Part shown: positions 17,471 to 27,800 of the stretch, piece by piece
Layout of the letters: each line of letters starts with the position of its first letter
Numbering within the stretch: the first letter of the stretch is position 1
Origin: a virus
Lineage: Duplodnaviria; Caudoviricetes
Reading direction: 5' to 3' (one strand)
IMG/VR virus record: IMGVR_UViG_3300031885_000018
Location: 1 to 53,338 of that record
Length of the DNA stretch: 53,338 bases
Program-made: the position numbers and the translations under genes
The notes under the pieces: model-generated
The model's database searches: none
Seen by the model: only the letters and a program-made list of their open reading frames with translations
What the model was told of the DNA's origin: nothing

Positions 17471-20400
17471 ATGGCAAAAACATTCCAGTTGACAGCGCAG
17501 CTTAATCTTGCTGCACCCAATAACCTAAAGAGCGTTGTTAGCAACATTCGTAGCCAGCTAGGCGACGTTGATGTTAGGGTTAATGTCAATATGGGTAACG
17601 CCATTAAGAACATCAAAGAAGCTAGAACAGAAATGGAAGCTTTCGGTTTCCAGTCTGGTTTGGCTATCAAGAGATTCGCCGCGTTCTCTCTTGCCACCGC
17701 AGGCATTATAGGTTTCGTCTCCGCGATTAAGAATGGCTTCACAGAAGCTATTAAGTTCGACCGCGAAATGGTTCGTCTAGCCCAGGTTCTAAACACATCC
17801 GTTAAGGGTGTGCGCGAAATCTCTACAGCCGTAGATGAGCTATCTAGGAAGTTCGGTGTTAGCTCAACAGAGCTTCTAGACGTTTCTACTACATTGGCCC
17901 AGGCTGGTTTGTCAGCTAAGGAAACAAAGGTAGCTTTGGAAGCTCTAGCTAAGTCTTCTCTAGCTCCATCCTTCGACAATCTTAAAGATACAACAGAAGG
18001 TGTTATCGCTGCCATGAGGCAGTTTAATCTAGGTGCCCATCAAGTTGAGGCTGCCCTAGGTTCTATTAACTCTGTTGCTGCTGCGTTCGCCGTTGAATCT
18101 GGCGACATTATTACAGCTATTCGTACCACTGGTGGTGTCTTCGCCTCTGCTTCTAAGGGTGTGGCCGAAGGTACGGACGCTCTTAATCAGTTCATCTCAG
18201 TCTTTACATCTGTTCGTCAAACAACTCGTGAAAGTGCTGAATCTATCGCTACTGGTCTACGTACAATTTTTACACGTATCCAGCGCCCTAGAACAATCGC
18301 CTATCTACAAGAGTTTGGTATCGAGCTAAAAGACCTTGAGGGTAAGTTCGTAGGTCCGTATGAGGCCGTTAAGAGACTAAGTAATGGATTGCGCGAACTT
18401 GATAATCGTGACCCTAGGTTCGCCGCTATCACAGAAGAGCTTGGTGGTTACAGACAGCTAAGCAAGATTATTCCTGCTATTCAGCAGTTTGCTGTAAGTC
18501 AGAAGGCTTTAGGTATCGCCGAGGCTGGAACTACATCTCTAACAAGAGATAGTGCCACAGCTCAACAGGCCCTAGCTGTTCAAATTGCTAAGGTTCGTGA
18601 AGAGTTCCTATCCCTAATACGTTCTCTTGCGTCTTCTACACTATTCACAACACTAGCTAAGCAAACATTAAGCATAGCATCTGGATTCATCTCCATTGCT
18701 AAGGCCATAGAACCTATTCTTCCACTACTAACAGTTCTTGCTGGTATCAAGCTTGCATCTGGACTAACACAGTTCTCAGGTGGTTTTTTGGGTGCTATTA
18801 AGAAGGGTGGTGGCGCAGGTGGAGTTGGAGCAGGTCTAGGTGGAATATTAACTGGTCAACAGGCCCGCCCGTTTGCTACAGGTGGTATAGTTCCTGGTGT
18901 TGGTAATACAGACAGCGTTCTAACACGCTTGATGCCTGGAGAATTCGTTGTCCAGAAGTCTGCTGTAGCAGCGATTGGAGAAAAGGCACTACATGGTATT
19001 AACAAGTTCGCCGGTGGTGCTGGTCCATCATACAAGCAGCTATCTGCAAAAAACAAGGGCGTAATTGACCCACAATATATTGCTTCTCTAAGAGCTATGA
19101 AGTCTAGCGACCCTGCTGCATATCAAGCAATAGTAGATGCTTACGAAGGTAGCGCCCCAAATGTCCCAGTAAAAGCTAAGTCAAATTTTAAGTATGGTTC
19201 AAAGCCAGGGTCAAACGACCTAATCGTTGATGGTAGCTACGGTGGTCTATTCTTCCAGCTTGGAACAAATAAGGTTGTCAACTCACTAGTTGGAACAACG
19301 CCGGGCAATCTATCAAAAGAATCACAGGCCGCTATAAGCAGTAAGTTTGGTAAGGTTGGCAAAATCCTTGGTCAGCCATATCAGTTCTTCATCAATAAAA
19401 ACAAGAAACAAGAGTTTGGTGGAATAGCATCAAAGTCATTCGACCAGTCACTAAAGAATATACTAGACTCCCAAGGTGGTGCTGCTTCTGTCTCTGCGTC
19501 TCTTGGTATCAGTGAAGACGAGCTTCTAAAAAGACTTAAGAAGCAAACTGGATATGAACAACTAGCTGGTTCATTGTTTGAATCTTATGTTGGTGTTCTT
19601 GCCGGTCAGGTAAAAGATACTAGTAGAGGTCGTAGCTTCGACTTTAATCCAGTTGGCGCTGGCTTTGAAAAGCTATTTGGTCCTGGCGTAAATAGCATAA
19701 GACATGCTGACGCTAAATATACATCTAATGCTAAATCAAGAAGCTCTATCGTAGAGAAGGCTATTAATACATACCTTGCAGGAGAAGGTTCTGGTATCAA
19801 TGTGTCTCAATTTGGGGCACAGTCTGCTAAAGATAGGTTTGCTGGATTCAAGGCAAAAGACCTAGATATTTTCACAAAGGGTGGAATTCCACATAAGGCC
19901 GGTGGTGGCGGCGGTGATGGTCTAGCTATGGTTATGCCTGGAGAGTTTATCCTAAATGCAAATTCGGCTGGTAAGCTAGGCCCAGAAGCTTTACATACAA
20001 TTAATAATGCACACAAGTATGCTGGTGGTGGATTCTTCGACAGACTATTTGGTAGAAAGCCTCCTATTAAAAGACAGGGTATTCTAGACCTACTTGGTAA
20101 CGCCCCTGGTGTTCGTGGGTATTCTCCTGGTGACTTGAAGCAGAAGTTCAATACAAGCTATAGCGAAGCTCGTTCTGGTGGACAGGAGCAATATGCAGCC
20201 TTTGACCAGAAGCAAGAAAATGATAGAATAAGAGAAGAAGCTAGTCTTATAGCTCGTACTAGAGGCATTCATATTAGACAAGCTACTAAATTAGCTCAGC
20301 AACAATCTAGACTAAATGGTTTCAGACCAGCTCAACAACAAGACCCTCTTAGTGTTGGAGCTACTGACTCACTTAATAGTGCAAAGGACCAGCTTGGTGT

Positions 20401-23400
20401 CAACTATGATAGACTAGCAGTAACACCAACAACAGTAGGTGGTGGAAGAACCGTTGTTACTAAGCCACCTACTAAGCCTGGACTTTTTGCTCGCGCCCGC
20501 GATGCCACAAACTATCTACTTAATCGTAATCAAGAACCTTTGAGCGAAGAAGAGCAGATTCAAAAAGACGCAAAAGATGAGAAGAGAAGTAGGTTTAATA
20601 AAAAGCTTGCTGGAGCAGCACTAGGAGTAACTTTAGCAGCTCCGCTATTAGAGCGTGCTGCTGGTAATAATGCACATGCACAGGGTGCAATTGGAGCCCT
20701 AACTGGAGCTTCTGCTGGAGCTGCTGCTGGTTCAGTATTTGGCCCGGCGGGTACAGCAGTTGGTGGTATTGCTGGAGCTATAGGCGGATTTGTTTCAGCT
20801 TTCAAGGAAGCAAACCTAAAAGTTGCAATGGAGAAGTTAGCTAAGTCAACAGACAAACTAGAAAAGGGGTTTTTGCAATATTCAAAAGGAGAGGGTGGTT
20901 CTCAAAAGGGACTTGCTGAAGATACTCGTAATGCACTAGCTTCCGCTAGAGGATTAGATAAAAAGGGTGCAATTGGCTCTGGTATCACTGGTGCTGCTGA
21001 CCTTTATGGTGGCGGTATTGGTGGACATATTACGTCTGGTATTGTTGGTGTTGGCGCGCTTCTACCAAGCAGTCTTGGTGGGGATGATGCTCGCGCCTCT
21101 ATAAAAGCTAGAGTAGAAGCAGAACAACAACAAAGGTCTTCTGACTACCTACAAAACCGCCAAGGTATCGGTGCTGTTAATGAAAAGTATTTCAGTAGTC
21201 TTGCTGAAAAGGGTAAGATAGAGGAAGTAGGCGGAAGAATAATAGATAGAAACGATGACTATTCTGCTTATTCTGATGTTACGAAATTTGGTGAAGACCA
21301 CAGGGACCAGATTCGCTCTCTTGCCGCAACTGGTGCTAGGGCTGGCGTAAACGCCGATGAAATTACAAGGACTAGAGTAGCCGCAGAGGGTGGTGGATTT
21401 CAGCCAGTTGTGACAGATGATGATGTTTGGTATGGAACACCAGAAGACAAACTTAAAGATAAACAGGGTAGAACCAAAGAAGCGTATGAGGCCGATGTAA
21501 ACAAGGCTGTTGCTGATAAAGAATTTACTCTTGGTAAGATAAGACTAGATGAGTTGCAGGTTCTTGGTAAGTTATCAACAGCAAACAAGAAGGCTGCGAC
21601 AGAGCTAGCTATCTTTAGTGATGAGTTAGAGAAGATAGGCGCTCGTGTTGGAAGGGTTGGTGCTGAGTCAGATAAGAGAGGTATCGGCGTAGAAAATGCG
21701 TTTGCTACTGCTAATAATCAGTTTGGTATAGGTAGGCAGGCTAGTAACCTAGATGTATTTACAAATAACAGAGCTTATAGTCAAGATGAAACCAAGAGTG
21801 CTTTTGCCGGTCTTGGACTTGGTGCCGACGCTACAAGTAGACTTAGTGGAGCTGCCCTATCAACAAAGGCACTACAAGAGAATCTACCACAGGAACTATT
21901 GAAGCTATACTCTGGTGGTACATCACAAGCAGATGTTTCAACAGCTACAGGTGCTAATGATTCTATTAACAAGATACTTAAAGAGCAAGGACTAAGCAAA
22001 GAAAGTCTTCCTAGAGAACTAAGAGATGAAATCACAAGTGCTATTGCTCAACAGACAGAAGAGAATAAGCAGAGTGGTTCACAAAACTCAAGAACATTTT
22101 TTGAGAAAGAGCTTCCAAAAAGACTAGCTTCTATTAATGAGGCTGTGTTTAAGGCTGGAGCTGAACTTCAGAAGGGTCTTGAAACAGCTAATAATACATA
22201 CCTAGCTGGAATCAACCAGTATATTAACCAAAGCTTAAAGGCTACTTCTTCTCTTGCGGCAGCCGACAAGTCAAGAAGTAACAACGAGAACTCGCTAATC
22301 AAACTTACTGGTCGTACACTAACAGAAGACCAGTTTGGCGCTCCAGACTCAGCAGAAATTGATAGGCTAACAGGTGTTAAGGGAAGTGGTGCAAATAGCA
22401 TCATACAAACAATTGGTGGTCTAGATAAAAAGAAGGCTGACCTTAATAGCCAGCTAAGTGGTCTTGATAAAGGTAGCTCAGACTATACAAATAAGAGCCA
22501 AGCTCTACTAGACGCCCTTGCTGGCGTTGAAGAGGGTCTTGGTAATAACATTAGAGCGTTGGAGCTATCAACAGAAGCCAGTGGTAAACTAGCTGGTATT
22601 CAGCAAACACTAGCACAAGAACAAGAGGGTAGAGATAAGGGTAGGGGTCTTGCTGCTCAGGCTAGCGGTAGAAGTAGAACTGAGGTTGCCCAAGGAAGAA
22701 GAGCAGCTCGTAGAGCAGACGAGGTATTTAGCGGTAGAAGAAATGTAAATAGTCTTTCTAGAAGAGAGGCTACCAGTGTTTTTGCGTCAAAGGCAGCAGA
22801 TATTGAAACAATAACAAATGAAGATGAAAAAGAAAAAGCAAAGGCACAGCTTGCTAAATATCAACACAGCTTTAATCTAGCTAATAATCAATATAAGAGT
22901 AGGGCCGAAGCAGAAGCAGCGGAAAAGGGTACTACTGAAAAAGTTCAGATTAGCGCAGGTCAGTTTGGTCAAAGAATTTACAACGGTGGTACTCCCGCTG
23001 AAAGAAAAGCTGCTGCTGAAGCTGGTAGTATATATGATGGTCAAAACACAGGCAAGGACTTCCTTGCTAACAGACAGAAGCCAAAGGGTGTTGATGGCTC
23101 ATTAGCTACGAATCGCGCTAAGGCAATAAAAGATGTGCAAGCTGCCGGTAACAAAATTGGTGAGTTTAGTAACGAGGCGTTTGCCGCCAATGTAAACAAC
23201 CTAAATGCTGCTGCCGATAAGCTTGTTGCACTAAGCAACACAAAGATTAGTCTAGAGGGAACCCACACAGTAAACGTAAACATAACTGGCGGCGACTCCC
23301 TTAAGGATGGTATTGGTCTATTGGTACAGGCAGAGGTTGGAAAAGCTATTAAGGCCCTTAATATGCCTAAAGACCAGCAGATAGAAAACAAACAAGGAAT

Positions 23401-23407
23401 GGCATAA
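17471..23407 (+). CDS. Tape measure protein (1978 aa)
   Basis: N-terminal TP901-type TMP core (F...M..LAQV...LAQAGL), hydrophobic Gly/Ala segments, two FA.GG...PGEF(V/I) motifs, size and position. Confidence 0.9.
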   Translation: MAKTFQLTAQLNLAAPNNLKSVVSNIRSQLGDVDVRVNVNMGNAIKNIKEARTEMEAFGFQSGLAIKRFAAFSLATAGIIGFVSAIKNGFTEAIKFDREMVRLAQVLNTSVKGVREISTAVDELSRKFGVSSTELLDVSTTLAQAGLSAKETKVALEALAKSSLAPSFDNLKDTTEGVIAAMRQFNLGAHQVEAALGSINSVAAAFAVESGDIITAIRTTGGVFASASKGVAEGTDALNQFISVFTSVRQTTRESAESIATGLRTIFTRIQRPRTIAYLQEFGIELKDLEGKFVGPYEAVKRLSNGLRELDNRDPRFAAITEELGGYRQLSKIIPAIQQFAVSQKALGIAEAGTTSLTRDSATAQQALAVQIAKVREEFLSLIRSLASSTLFTTLAKQTLSIASGFISIAKAIEPILPLLTVLAGIKLASGLTQFSGGFLGAIKKGGGAGGVGAGLGGILTGQQARPFATGGIVPGVGNTDSVLTRLMPGEFVVQKSAVAAIGEKALHGINKFAGGAGPSYKQLSAKNKGVIDPQYIASLRAMKSSDPAAYQAIVDAYEGSAPNVPVKAKSNFKYGSKPGSNDLIVDGSYGGLFFQLGTNKVVNSLVGTTPGNLSKESQAAISSKFGKVGKILGQPYQFFINKNKKQEFGGIASKSFDQSLKNILDSQGGAASVSASLGISEDELLKRLKKQTGYEQLAGSLFESYVGVLAGQVKDTSRGRSFDFNPVGAGFEKLFGPGVNSIRHADAKYTSNAKSRSSIVEKAINTYLAGEGSGINVSQFGAQSAKDRFAGFKAKDLDIFTKGGIPHKAGGGGGDGLAMVMPGEFILNANSAGKLGPEALHTINNAHKYAGGGFFDRLFGRKPPIKRQGILDLLGNAPGVRGYSPGDLKQKFNTSYSEARSGGQEQYAAFDQKQENDRIREEASLIARTRGIHIRQATKLAQQQSRLNGFRPAQQQDPLSVGATDSLNSAKDQLGVNYDRLAVTPTTVGGGRTVVTKPPTKPGLFARARDATNYLLNRNQEPLSEEEQIQKDAKDEKRSRFNKKLAGAALGVTLAAPLLERAAGNNAHAQGAIGALTGASAGAAAGSVFGPAGTAVGGIAGAIGGFVSAFKEANLKVAMEKLAKSTDKLEKGFLQYSKGEGGSQKGLAEDTRNALASARGLDKKGAIGSGITGAADLYGGGIGGHITSGIVGVGALLPSSLGGDDARASIKARVEAEQQQRSSDYLQNRQGIGAVNEKYFSSLAEKGKIEEVGGRIIDRNDDYSAYSDVTKFGEDHRDQIRSLAATGARAGVNADEITRTRVAAEGGGFQPVVTDDDVWYGTPEDKLKDKQGRTKEAYEADVNKAVADKEFTLGKIRLDELQVLGKLSTANKKAATELAIFSDELEKIGARVGRVGAESDKRGIGVENAFATANNQFGIGRQASNLDVFTNNRAYSQDETKSAFAGLGLGADATSRLSGAALSTKALQENLPQELLKLYSGGTSQADVSTATGANDSINKILKEQGLSKESLPRELRDEITSAIAQQTEENKQSGSQNSRTFFEKELPKRLASINEAVFKAGAELQKGLETANNTYLAGINQYINQSLKATSSLAAADKSRSNNENSLIKLTGRTLTEDQFGAPDSAEIDRLTGVKGSGANSIIQTIGGLDKKKADLNSQLSGLDKGSSDYTNKSQALLDALAGVEEGLGNNIRALELSTEASGKLAGIQQTLAQEQEGRDKGRGLAAQASGRSRTEVAQGRRAARRADEVFSGRRNVNSLSRREATSVFASKAADIETITNEDEKEKAKAQLAKYQHSFNLANNQYKSRAEAEAAEKGTTEKVQISAGQFGQRIYNGGTPAERKAAAEAGSIYDGQNTGKDFLANRQKPKGVDGSLATNRAKAIKDVQAAGNKIGEFSNEAFAANVNNLNAAADKLVALSNTKISLEGTHTVNVNITGGDSLKDGIGLLVQAEVGKAIKALNMPKDQQIENKQGMA

Positions 23408-24873
23408 TGTCAATAGTAACAATGGTGTATGGAACGTACAACATAAGTCCAGTTCCATTCTTAGCACTAACAAGACAACTACAAACTAAAGCTGATGGCA
23501 CCATAATTGGATGTCTATTTAACGCTAGACTAGATGGTACAATCTATTGTCCTACTGGTGGATTTCCAGCAGTTATAGCTAAACAACAAGACCTAAGACA
23601 AGCATTTCTAACACACGGCCTATTATTTAAGGTCATGTGTGATAGTACGGAATTAATTAAGGCTTATCCTAGAATCGCCGGTCCTATAGATTTCCAAGAG
23701 ACTAGCGATAATTGGGTGTTCTCAACAAAGTATTCCGTTGACCTACAGTGGGATGATGAGCTTGTTCTAAACGAAGCAAGCGGCCTAGTTCCGCCCTATA
23801 TCTCCGATACACAAGAATCATGGAGCGTAGAGTTTGTTGAAGATAAGGCTAAGTATGAGTTTACGTTGTCTGGGTCTATAACTGATGCTAATCCATATCA
23901 AGTAAGAATAACACATGCTATTTCTGCTGTGGGTAAAAAGCACTATACTTCAGGTATATTAGATAAAGAAGCATGGGAGCAGGCTAGGGAGTATATTGTT
24001 CCTCGTCTTGGATATAATGGTTCATACTTAGGTGCTTCTGGTGTATTAAATATAAGCAGCGGTAACTTTACTGCGTTTAATCATGTTAGACAAAATGTGG
24101 TAGATATATCTGCTGGAAGCTACTCTGTAACCGAGAATTGGATTGCTATCAATCCATCTGGAAGCGGCGTGGCCGGTAGGGCTTTAGAGGATTTTACTGT
24201 TGACGTTCGTAAGGGCATTGAATCGGATATAACGACCGTATCTATACAAGGAAGCATACAGGGTCTTGAGACAAGAAGCTATGGAACAAATCCAGGTGAC
24301 TTCACAATCTCAGAGACAAAATATGCTGCGGCCTCTGGTTATTGGGCTGCCATTAACACCACAAGAATCTATCCAAGGGCACAGTTATTTGCTGGTTCGG
24401 GTCTAACTCGTCCAATTAATACAACCCCTGCAAGTAGAGTCGTGGGTCATAATCCAGTTAATGGACTTATTACATATTCATATGAATATAATGATAGGCC
24501 ATCTAATTGTATTACTGGCGCAATAACAGAAAGCATAATGGTAACAGATAATAATCCTACTGATGTATTTGCTGAAATAGGTATTCCAGGTAGAAGTGCT
24601 GGACCAATTCTTCAGGATATGGGTACAATAACTTCTGCTAAGAGAGAGGTTAGTATTGAGGCGATAATGGCACCAGCAACAGGTTGTGCTTCAGTTTCGG
24701 GGTTATTTATAAACAATCCGAGAACTCAAGTAGCTACTATAATAAACCTATTCTCTGGCGACCTAACATCGACACATACACAAGTATTCAAACATGCGGA
24801 CTCAGAAACATGGGATGTGAAAACAGGAAGATACACAAGACAGGTTGGATGGACGTATCAACAAGGTTGCTAA
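23407..24873 (+). CDS. Distal tail/baseplate protein
   Basis: Coupled to the TMP (TAATG); beta-rich; G.Y.V.E.W and G.ITY.YEY patterns. Confidence 0.55.
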   Translation: MSIVTMVYGTYNISPVPFLALTRQLQTKADGTIIGCLFNARLDGTIYCPTGGFPAVIAKQQDLRQAFLTHGLLFKVMCDSTELIKAYPRIAGPIDFQETSDNWVFSTKYSVDLQWDDELVLNEASGLVPPYISDTQESWSVEFVEDKAKYEFTLSGSITDANPYQVRITHAISAVGKKHYTSGILDKEAWEQAREYIVPRLGYNGSYLGASGVLNISSGNFTAFNHVRQNVVDISAGSYSVTENWIAINPSGSGVAGRALEDFTVDVRKGIESDITTVSIQGSIQGLETRSYGTNPGDFTISETKYAAASGYWAAINTTRIYPRAQLFAGSGLTRPINTTPASRVVGHNPVNGLITYSYEYNDRPSNCITGAITESIMVTDNNPTDVFAEIGIPGRSAGPILQDMGTITSAKREVSIEAIMAPATGCASVSGLFINNPRTQVATIINLFSGDLTSTHTQVFKHADSETWDVKTGRYTRQVGWTYQQGC

Positions 24874-24882
24874 GGGTGATTA

Positions 24883-27800
24883 ATGGCGTATAATGCGTGT
24901 TCCGGCGTAAGCAGAAACATATTCGGACCACCGGAACAAACACTGTTCTTGGGCTGTAGCATTTCGTCATTCAGTGTAAATGTTGGATGGAATGAACAAG
25001 TTGGCGAAGTCACTGTTTCACTTGCACAAGATACGTGTCCAGTTCCAACTAGCGGTAACCCAAAGGTTTACTATGATAGTAACCTTCAGCGCCAAACAAC
25101 AATGGCTGCCGACCCAGGCTTTATTGAGCCAAATATAGGAGCGCCGGTATATTTTCGTGCTGGTGACTTTGAGTGGTGCGGTCTTGTTCAGAACTTCACA
25201 TCATCAACATCATTGGGCGGAAAGCCAGTCTATACGGTTAAGCTTATAGACCCCCGCCAAATTCTAGATGGAGCGCAAATTATAGTTGGTGAATATGCCG
25301 ATACGGTGTCTCCAACCCCTAATCTAATCAACGCTTACGCATATGCCGAATCATTTGGAACCTCCTCGCCGCCCAACGTAATAGCTGGTGCCACATTTGG
25401 AAGTCCAGCCGGTGGATTTGGTGGCTCTCTATCTAATGATAATGGTATGCCCTGGTACGTTATTAAGGAGGCGGTAAGCGTACTAACATCTTCCACTCCA
25501 AGAATAGTAAATAATTACTCTCCATATGGAAGACTAACATTTAGGTCTGGTTATGGTACAATGCCAAGTGGTAGTCCAAGCCTTACTGTTGGTTATGGTA
25601 TTATTCCTGGCGATAGCCTATTAGGTCAGTCTCTATATACTGTTGACCTAAGCGAAATGCCCCAGGTTCCTAATTATTGGAGAATCGCCGGTACATCTGT
25701 TAGCTTAATGGAAGCCATAAGCCAGGTATGTTCTGACGCCTGCTCAGACTACTACGTAGAGTTGGTTCCAACCTATGGGTATGGCGGCATACAAAATATC
25801 ATCAAGATAAGAACAGCTAGTAGAGTAGCGGTGCCAACTCTTGGTGCAATTCAAAGCTTTGTAGATAACGCTGGTAATGCTGTTCAGTTCAGCAAGGGCT
25901 TAGAGATGAGAAATGAGGTTGTGTCCTCGTTTGTCGTAGGTGGTAATGTTCAAAGTATCTATCAAGCTGAACAAGATGACAGTCTAACAAAAACGTCTTG
26001 GGACATTATATCCCCGTTCTTTGGGTTAGACATATACGGTAATGTACTAGAGACAAGTGCGGAGAGTGGTATATGGCATTTCCAGGCTAATCTTCTAGAC
26101 CTAAATGCCCAGCTTAATTTCCCTCTACCTATTTCTACAGCGAAGATAACAGAATACGAACTTCTTGCTGCACAAGCTGGATATGATACATGGTTGATGC
26201 TTGGTGAACAAAATGCTTTTGACTTTGAAACAGTCAGAGCTATGAATCACACAGAAGACTCAATCTTTAATCCAGAGTTGATTGAAAGAAACAGTAATGC
26301 CGGTCTACCAAACCCACCAGCTATCGACCTACTAACACTAGGTGCTGGTGCTGTATTTCCAAGCGGCGATACGAATGCAGATAATGTCATTCTTACTAGT
26401 GCTTTTGACAGAGACTCACAAACAGTATTCTCTTTTGTCTCCGCGATTGCTAGTCAGTTCTATGGTAGAAAGTTTATGGTTAGACTACCATATACTACAG
26501 GTAAGATTGACCCAGACTCACAGCAAAACAATGGTAGACCAGTAATCAAAACTACTGAGGTTCCAAGCGATGGTGGCTGGACAGACGAAGACAATGTTAT
26601 TGGTTTGCAGACACAGTCTTCATATCTAGATTTCTTTACTCTACCAGATAATAGGCTTGGATGTTTTGTTGGTCTTGCTATAACAGACGCGGGTGTAGAC
26701 GTTTCTAGCCTAAACCCAGAAGACTATTGGGTAACAACAAACCAGAAGACTGGAGCAGACTGGGTATATATTAGGGCTAATGTAGAACCAGATATTGTCT
26801 ATTTGGATAAGAATACACTTTATTCTCCGCGTGTCATAGTAACATTAGACCAACCAGTAACAAGTCTTTCTTCAGACAACTATCTAGACGGGTTGCCAGC
26901 CCATATGGCAGCTATGGAAGTATACTATTCTAATAAGTCACCTGCGCTTAAAGCTAAGATGAGCGAAGCACTTATTAATAATTCAGTAGGCACTCAGTCT
27001 GTATGGAATGAGTTTCCGCCTCGTTCAATAGTTATACATGCTGCCGCCGTACCAATTCTAAGCAATGTACAAACATATGGTCCTTGGCTTAGCCCGATGA
27101 CCGTACACGGTATCACAAAGATAGAAAAGGATGGGGGTCTAGTACCTTGGGAGTATGGTAGCACATACAACATGAATCTTGTTGGTTCTACTAGGGCTCT
27201 TAACGAAACAGCCAGCTCAATGCAGTTTGGTGAGACTGGAAGCGTAGAAGTTCCTGGTTATCCAACACTACCAATCGGTGCTGAGCTTGGTGCATACAAC
27301 GGCGGATTCTTTGCTGGTGGTCAACATCTATTTGAAACAAGAAGTATTGGTTCTGGTACTGGTGGCGTAACAAACGATAACTATTGCTATGTAGACTCTG
27401 GTGGTCCTTGGACTGGTATCTATGGTCCAAACATCACATCTATCGGCGTAGAGTTTGGTTTGAACGGCGTAACAACCAACTACGCAATGAGAACTTTCTC
27501 TCCTGCGTTTGGTAGGTTTAGCAAGTTAAACTCAGAAAGGCTTAAGCAGTTTGGTCAGCAGGGCCTACGTATGCAGAAGGCTTTCAGGTTTGCCAAGCTA
27601 ACACAAGCTAGAAGAACTGGTGGAATAGATAGAGGAAATGCCGTACAAGCTATTGGTGCCAGAGAAGCTAAGTCAAAACTTAAGAAGGGTAAGCTAAGAC
27701 ATACGGACTCACCGCATGAAATCTTGGTCGGTCAGACAATACCTTGGTTCAGCGGCGATGGTATGGATGGATATACATCTAGAAGCATTGTTGCTACCGA

